From a virus (lineage: Duplodnaviria; Caudoviricetes): 30,116 bases of DNA. The notes beneath the pieces are model-generated. The model was not told the origin of the DNA. It did not search any database and saw nothing but the letters and a program-made list of their open reading frames with translations. How positions within the stretch are numbered: the first letter of the stretch is position 1; each line of letters opens with the position of its first letter. Shown one piece after another: positions 26,040 through 30,116 of this stretch. The stretch is taken from positions 1 through 30,116 of IMG/VR virus record IMGVR_UViG_3300037423_001122; one strand, written 5' to 3'. A program made the position numbers and the translations under genes.

Positions 26040-27821
26040 ATGTCTATCACGGTAATGCCTCCGTATCCGGATGAATATACGCCGCGAGACCAATGGATAC
26101 CCATGGCCCAGGTCTGGAATGCGGCACTTTCGCAACTCACCATTGATCTAACAAACCTTGTGCCGGGTGAGAATTCGGTGCTTCTGGCTAACGCCCTGGC
26201 TTCAGTTGCCTCGGCATTTGAGGGTCCCGGCATAGTTGGGTTTTCCGGGAGCCTGAATTATGCTGCTCGCACCCTCGGCGGGCGGCTTAACGATCAGGGG
26301 TGTAGCCCGCGCAGTCTGGGCGCGGTGGGCGACGGCGTGGCCGACGACACGGCAGCCATTCAGCAGTGCCTGACGTACTCGCGCACGCTCGATCTGCGCA
26401 ATCGCAGCTGGAAAATCAGCTCGACTATCAACCTGCCGGCGGGCACGGTGGTTGACATGCGCGGCGCGTATATTCAAGCAAACACCGGCGCCAGTCCGCT
26501 ATTTACCTTCACCGGCGCCGCCGAAGGCCTGACGATGCTGGGCGGCATTATCCAGGGTACGTGCAGCGCATTTTTCCAGTGCACTGGAACGACGAATACG
26601 CCAACGTCGACTGCGCACTATGCGCGGCAGATTAGGCTTGAGGGCATTTACATCACCAGCCCGACCATCGGCCTGTTCCTGGATTTTCAGCAAGCTGTCC
26701 GCCAAGTATTCATCGACAAATGTTTTGCCTACACGCAGAGCGGCATCAGTGCGTCCGGAAAATGCGTGGAAGTCAAAATCCACAAGTGCATCATTTACTC
26801 GTCCACGGGCGTCGCCGGCACGTACTCCGTGAAATTGCGCAGCCCGGGCGGCACCAGCTATTACCATGAGGGCTGGCATTTCACCGACTGCACTATTGAT
26901 AACGCAGAAGTCGGATTCGATGTGACGGACGTGTTTGTCCTGACCGTGAATGGTGGTTATCTCGGCCGCGCGAGCTCGGGCACGTATGCGGCGCTGTTCG
27001 GTCAGCCCACATCGAATTTTTGTGCCGACATCAAGTTCAACGGCGCAGCGATCACCGGGCAAATCAAATTCGCGCCGACTTCTGGGCGGGACTATGCCGC
27101 GACGTTCAACGGCTGCACGTCGATGAACATCCCGGGCGGGTCCGCCATCGCGCTGGAGATCGGCAATAACGCCAGCGGCGTGACTGTTCGAAATCACAAA
27201 TTCCGCAATGCCACAGCGGGAGGCAATAACTCCGCCATCCGCATGACGAACAACAATTACCGTTGTGTCGTCTCCGGAGTCGATATTGACGGGACGTTTG
27301 AGGGCGGCGGCGTCCACGTTCTGGGCGCCAACGGCACGGACTGCGAGGTGCATAACGTTTCGCATGCCGGCGGCGGCGAGCCAATCATTGTGCAGCGACC
27401 AGTGCGCATGTCCGGGGTGCCGATCGCCACGAGCTACGGCGGCACGGTCAAGCAGAGTTTCAACACGGGCTCCATCGCCGGCTCGTACACCGTTGGTTCG
27501 GCCATCGCATCGCTGGCCCTGAATTTCCCGAAAGGGGAGACGGGCTGGATCGTCGTTGAACTGTCGCTGACTGGCATGAACGGCGCGGCCAGCGCGCAGC
27601 GGCTCGATATTGCCGTGCCGGCCGGCGTTGTTATTCCGAGCGGCACAGGCTGGGGCTCGCAGTATCTATATCCCGAGGAAGCGACGGGAAAAATCTCGGT
27701 GCGCATCCCGTATTACTGCACGGCCAACGTGACGGCTGGAACGTTGAGCATTACGAACGCGGCTGGTAATGCCGTGGCTGTGACCGCGCACAGCTATTTT
27801 GGAATCGTCAGGAATATGTGA
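26040..27821 (+). CDS. Tailspike / polysaccharide depolymerase, pectate-lyase-3-like beta-helix
   Basis: GAVGDGVADDTAAIQ motif then Asn/Gly/Ile beta-helix repeats; reduced GC. Confidence 0.88.
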   Translation: MSITVMPPYPDEYTPRDQWIPMAQVWNAALSQLTIDLTNLVPGENSVLLANALASVASAFEGPGIVGFSGSLNYAARTLGGRLNDQGCSPRSLGAVGDGVADDTAAIQQCLTYSRTLDLRNRSWKISSTINLPAGTVVDMRGAYIQANTGASPLFTFTGAAEGLTMLGGIIQGTCSAFFQCTGTTNTPTSTAHYARQIRLEGIYITSPTIGLFLDFQQAVRQVFIDKCFAYTQSGISASGKCVEVKIHKCIIYSSTGVAGTYSVKLRSPGGTSYYHEGWHFTDCTIDNAEVGFDVTDVFVLTVNGGYLGRASSGTYAALFGQPTSNFCADIKFNGAAITGQIKFAPTSGRDYAATFNGCTSMNIPGGSAIALEIGNNASGVTVRNHKFRNATAGGNNSAIRMTNNNYRCVVSGVDIDGTFEGGGVHVLGANGTDCEVHNVSHAGGGEPIIVQRPVRMSGVPIATSYGGTVKQSFNTGSIAGSYTVGSAIASLALNFPKGETGWIVVELSLTGMNGAASAQRLDIAVPAGVVIPSGTGWGSQYLYPEEATGKISVRIPYYCTANVTAGTLSITNAAGNAVAVTAHSYFGIVRNM

Positions 27822-27874
27822 TGGATGCCAATACCGAGCAGCGCTTGGCCGACATCGAGCACCGCCTTGCGGCC
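27821..27874 (+). pseudogene. 5' remnant of a holin-like gene
   Basis: TGATG-coupled to the tailspike; TEQRLADIEHRL matches TEERLSAIEERL of the 29023 gene at 8/12 residues. Confidence 0.5.
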
Positions 27875-27895
27875 GCGCCGATTTCGACTGCAGTC

Positions 27896-28834
27896 CTACG
27901 ACGGGCGCAAGGTGCGCCGCGGTTGAGCGGCCAGCAGCCGCTGCGGCAACTGCTCGACGTACCGGTGCAGCACCAGCGCGGCCAGCACCGACAGCGCCAC
28001 GGCCAGCGCCGCAGCGGACCACGCGCCGCCGGTCAAGCGGTAGGCCGCCGGGATTGTGAACACCTGCACCAGGTACAACGAGTACGAGGCATCGCCCAGT
28101 CGCGTCAGCGCGCCGCGGCCGATCTGTGGCGCATGCACGGCGCCCAGCACCACCAGCGCGGCCGGCAGGCCCCAGACGAGCACGCGCGGGCCGCTCGCAT
28201 CAAGTGCCAGCAGCGCCGCGCCGGCGCCGATCAGGGCGCCCGCGATGCCAGCCGGCAGCGGGCCACGTAGGCGGGCGATCCAGGCGCCCAGCAGGAACTC
28301 CAGCGCGATGCCGTAGCCGGTCAACATCACCAGCGCCAACACAAGCACGCTGAGCAGCCGCACGAGTCCGGCCCCGCGGCCGGCGACCAGGGCCAGCGCG
28401 AACAGGCCATAAAACGCCGCCTCGAACTCGATAGACCAGCCCACGTGCAGCAGCGGCAGCTCGCCTCGAGCGAGGAACGAGTGCAGTCCCAGTGAGCTGG
28501 CCAGCCCGGCGGCGCTGAGCTGCTTTGTGTGGAAGAGTCCGGGGGCCAGAGCCAGGACCAGAGCCAGAGCTACGGTCAGCAGCCAGTAGGGTGGCAGGAT
28601 GCGCAGCGCACGCGCCGCCAGGAACTGCACAGCGCTGCGCGGGCGCTGCTGCTGCGTGCGCACGATGATGAAGCCGCTGATGACGAAGAACAGGTCCACG
28701 CCGGTCTGGCCCCGGCCGGCGAACGGCGCGAGCGGTGCGAGCGGCTGACCGTAGGCGTCCGCCGCGTCGATGACGTGCGTCACGACGACGAGCAGCGCGG
28801 CGACGGCGCGCAGGGCCTGGACGTTCGTGAGCAT
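27896..28834 (-). CDS. Acyltransferase-3 family membrane O-acetyltransferase (surface polysaccharide conversion moron)
   Basis: LRAVAALLVVVTH, GVDLFFVISGF, R.LRI.P.YW, WSI.FE..FY, LGDASYSLYL; multi-TM; no SGNH domain; GAGGGAG RBS. Confidence 0.93.
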   Translation of the reverse strand: MLTNVQALRAVAALLVVVTHVIDAADAYGQPLAPLAPFAGRGQTGVDLFFVISGFIIVRTQQQRPRSAVQFLAARALRILPPYWLLTVALALVLALAPGLFHTKQLSAAGLASSLGLHSFLARGELPLLHVGWSIEFEAAFYGLFALALVAGRGAGLVRLLSVLVLALVMLTGYGIALEFLLGAWIARLRGPLPAGIAGALIGAGAALLALDASGPRVLVWGLPAALVVLGAVHAPQIGRGALTRLGDASYSLYLVQVFTIPAAYRLTGGAWSAAALAVALSVLAALVLHRYVEQLPQRLLAAQPRRTLRPS

Positions 28835-28975
28835 GGCTCCCTCGTTGTTCTTTCTCGGTGTGAACTGTAGCGGCGCCGCTGTAGTGCCTCAGCGCGAGTA
28901 CGCGCTGGACGCTTGGTTGCCGCCCATGCCCATAGCCGCGCGGATCGCGGTCTAACTCACAAGCAGTACCAAGGG

Positions 28976-29003
28976 CCCGCCCGGGAAGCCGCGGCGGGTT
29001 TTT
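28976..29003 (+). terminator. Intrinsic terminator upstream of lysis genes
   Basis: CCCGCC-N11-GGCGGG-TTTTT. Confidence 0.6.
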
Positions 29004-29022
29004 CATTTCCAGGGAGGTAATG

Positions 29023-29388
29023 ATGAGCGAGGTAGTACAGGCGTCTGCGCAGGGCGAGGAGCGGCTGGCATTGACGACCGAAGAGCGGCTGTCGGCCATC
29101 GAGGAGCGACTACAGCGCGGATCGGAGCGCATGGGAGTCATAGAGCGGGACCTGGGTGCCAACACCGCAGTGACGCGGGAGATCCGCGACATCCTGGAAC
29201 TTGGGCGCAGCGGCCTGCGAATCCTCGGGCACCTCGGCACGCTCGCACGCTGGGTGAGCTACATCGCGGGCGCCATCGGCGCGGTGTTCGGGGCTGCGCA
29301 TGCGGTCCGCAACGGCGTGCCTACTGATGCCGTGGGCGAGGCTATTGACGCGGTGGTGCAAGCTGCGCGCGAGGGGGTGCCGAAATGA
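29023..29388 (+). CDS. Putative holin-like membrane protein
   Basis: GGAGG RBS; coiled-coil then hydrophobic helix; ATGA-coupled to the endolysin. Confidence 0.6.
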   Translation: MSEVVQASAQGEERLALTTEERLSAIEERLQRGSERMGVIERDLGANTAVTREIRDILELGRSGLRILGHLGTLARWVSYIAGAIGAVFGAAHAVRNGVPTDAVGEAIDAVVQAAREGVPK

Positions 29389-29855
29389 GCGCACGCCGAC
29401 TCATCGCCACCTTGGCGCTCAGCGCGGCCGGCCTGGTCGGCCTCGCGCTGTCAGAGGGCTACAGCGAGGTAGCCATACAGCCCGTAGCGGGCGACAAGTG
29501 GACGAACGGTTTTGGGGCGACCGACGGCGTCAAGCAGGGCGACCGCACCACTCCGCCGCTGGCCCTGGCCAGGGCGCTGCAGGACGTGCAGAAGTACGAG
29601 GGCGCGCTCCGGCGTTGCGTCACCGTGCCGCTACACCAAGCCGAGTACGACGCGTACCTGAGCTTGGCTTACAACATCGGACCGACTGCGTTCTGCAACT
29701 CCACACTGGTGAAGCGCCTCAACGCGCAAGACTACGCCGGCGCGTGCGGCGAGATCCTGAAGTGGGACAAGTTCAAGGGACAGCCCCTGCGAGGCCTGAC
29801 GCTGCGGCGCCAGGCGGAGCACCGCCAGTGCGCGGGCGCAGCGGCGCAGGGCTGA
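29385..29855 (+). CDS. SAR endolysin, GH24 lysozyme
   Basis: Gly/Ala-rich N-terminal anchor then EG..., TNGFG, AYNIG..AFCNSTL.K.LN, GL..RR..E. Confidence 0.93.
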   Translation: MSARRLIATLALSAAGLVGLALSEGYSEVAIQPVAGDKWTNGFGATDGVKQGDRTTPPLALARALQDVQKYEGALRRCVTVPLHQAEYDAYLSLAYNIGPTAFCNSTLVKRLNAQDYAGACGEILKWDKFKGQPLRGLTLRRQAEHRQCAGAAAQG

Positions 29856-29870
29856 AGGAGGGGGTTGAAG

Positions 29871-29945
29871 CCGTACTATTCGCGGCGCAGTCCTCCAATG
29901 AAATCAAGGACGTAGGACAGCGGCGGCGCTGTTCCAATAGTACGG
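29871..29945. promoter_or_regulatory. Putative integrase arm-type sites and IHF-like site of the att arm
   Basis: Perfect inverted pair CCGTACTATT (29871-29880) / AATAGTACGG (29936-29945), flanking AATCAAGGACGTA (1 mismatch to the IHF consensus). Confidence 0.55.
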
Positions 29946-30000
29946 AGGGCAAGGGGCAAGCCTTTGTTGCTATTTAATAATTAGCAGTGCGAGCGGCTAA

Positions 30001-30045
30001 CTTGTAAACAGCAGGTCGCCCGTTCGATTCGGGCAGCCGGCACCA
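30001..30045 (+). other. attR core: 3' fragment of tRNA-Thr(UGU)
   Basis: Anticodon loop CTTGTAA, ACAGC, AGGTC, T arm GCCCG-TTCGATT-CGGGC, acceptor AGCCGGC-A-CCA; the 5' half (GCCGGCT...) is absent. Confidence 0.9.
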
Positions 30046-30056
30046 AGAAACGATTC

Positions 30057-30091
30057 ACGGCGCGTACCGATGGCGGTACGCGCCGTTTTTT
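30057..30091 (+). terminator. Intrinsic terminator (host tRNA terminator)
   Basis: 13-bp perfect stem ACGGCGCGTACCG-ATGG-CGGTACGCGCCGT then a T run. Confidence 0.9.
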
Positions 30092-30116
30092 CTTGGGCCT
30101 TGCGCACCGGCCTTAC

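Larger units (their letters stand above)
1..30045. mobile_element. Lambdoid/HK97-like siphovirus prophage (left part outside window), integrated in tRNA-Thr(UGU)
   Basis: Complete immunity-replication-packaging-head-tail-lysis gene order ending in a tRNA 3' fragment (attR). Confidence 0.97.

Noticed and set aside
27818-28270. 150-aa + strand gene after the tailspike
   Set aside because: Beyond about 25 codons it is antisense to the acyltransferase; only the 5' stump is considered meaningful.
29020-29025. Holin dual-start motif (ATGATG)
   Set aside because: No Lys/Arg between the starts, and the first ATG is too close to the SD.
29439-29490. Endolysin lacks Asp at the E+9 position (Pro instead)
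   Set aside because: A PVxGDxxT variant is familiar in this GH24 subgroup, so it is not evidence of inactivation.
29980-30045. Complete tRNA-Thr gene
   Set aside because: The 5' acceptor strand and D arm are missing; it is an att fragment.

Overview
About 30 kb of a GC-rich, HK97/lambdoid siphovirus prophage, probably from a Betaproteobacterium (Burkholderiales-like; host inferred only from composition and protein style). The left end (integrase/attL) lies outside the window. The right end is attR, the 3' 45 bp of a tRNA-Thr(UGU) at 30001-30045 followed by a terminator. Gene order: leftward early operon (ParB-family gene cut by the window edge plus 3 small ORFs); OL/PL; a low-GC secreted-protein moron; cI; OR/PR; cro; cII-like; DUF1376 initiator with internal iterons; Q-like antiterminator; HNH; cos; TerS/TerL; portal, protease, capsid; a 4-gene fibre-like insert; head-tail genes; tail tube; frameshifted chaperones; tape measure; one tail-tip gene; beta-helix tailspike; antisense acyltransferase-3 moron; holin-like gene and SAR endolysin, with no spanins. 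The most intriguing unexplained signals are (1) Arg-rich (P)DRR repeat tails on both Cro and CII, resembling c-di-GMP-binding motifs, (2) six CGATATCG palindromes clustered in 2 kb next to the origin in a phage that encodes ParB, and (3) the fibre/chaperone/repeat-protein cassette in the head module. All family calls come from motif recognition by eye; no searches were run.
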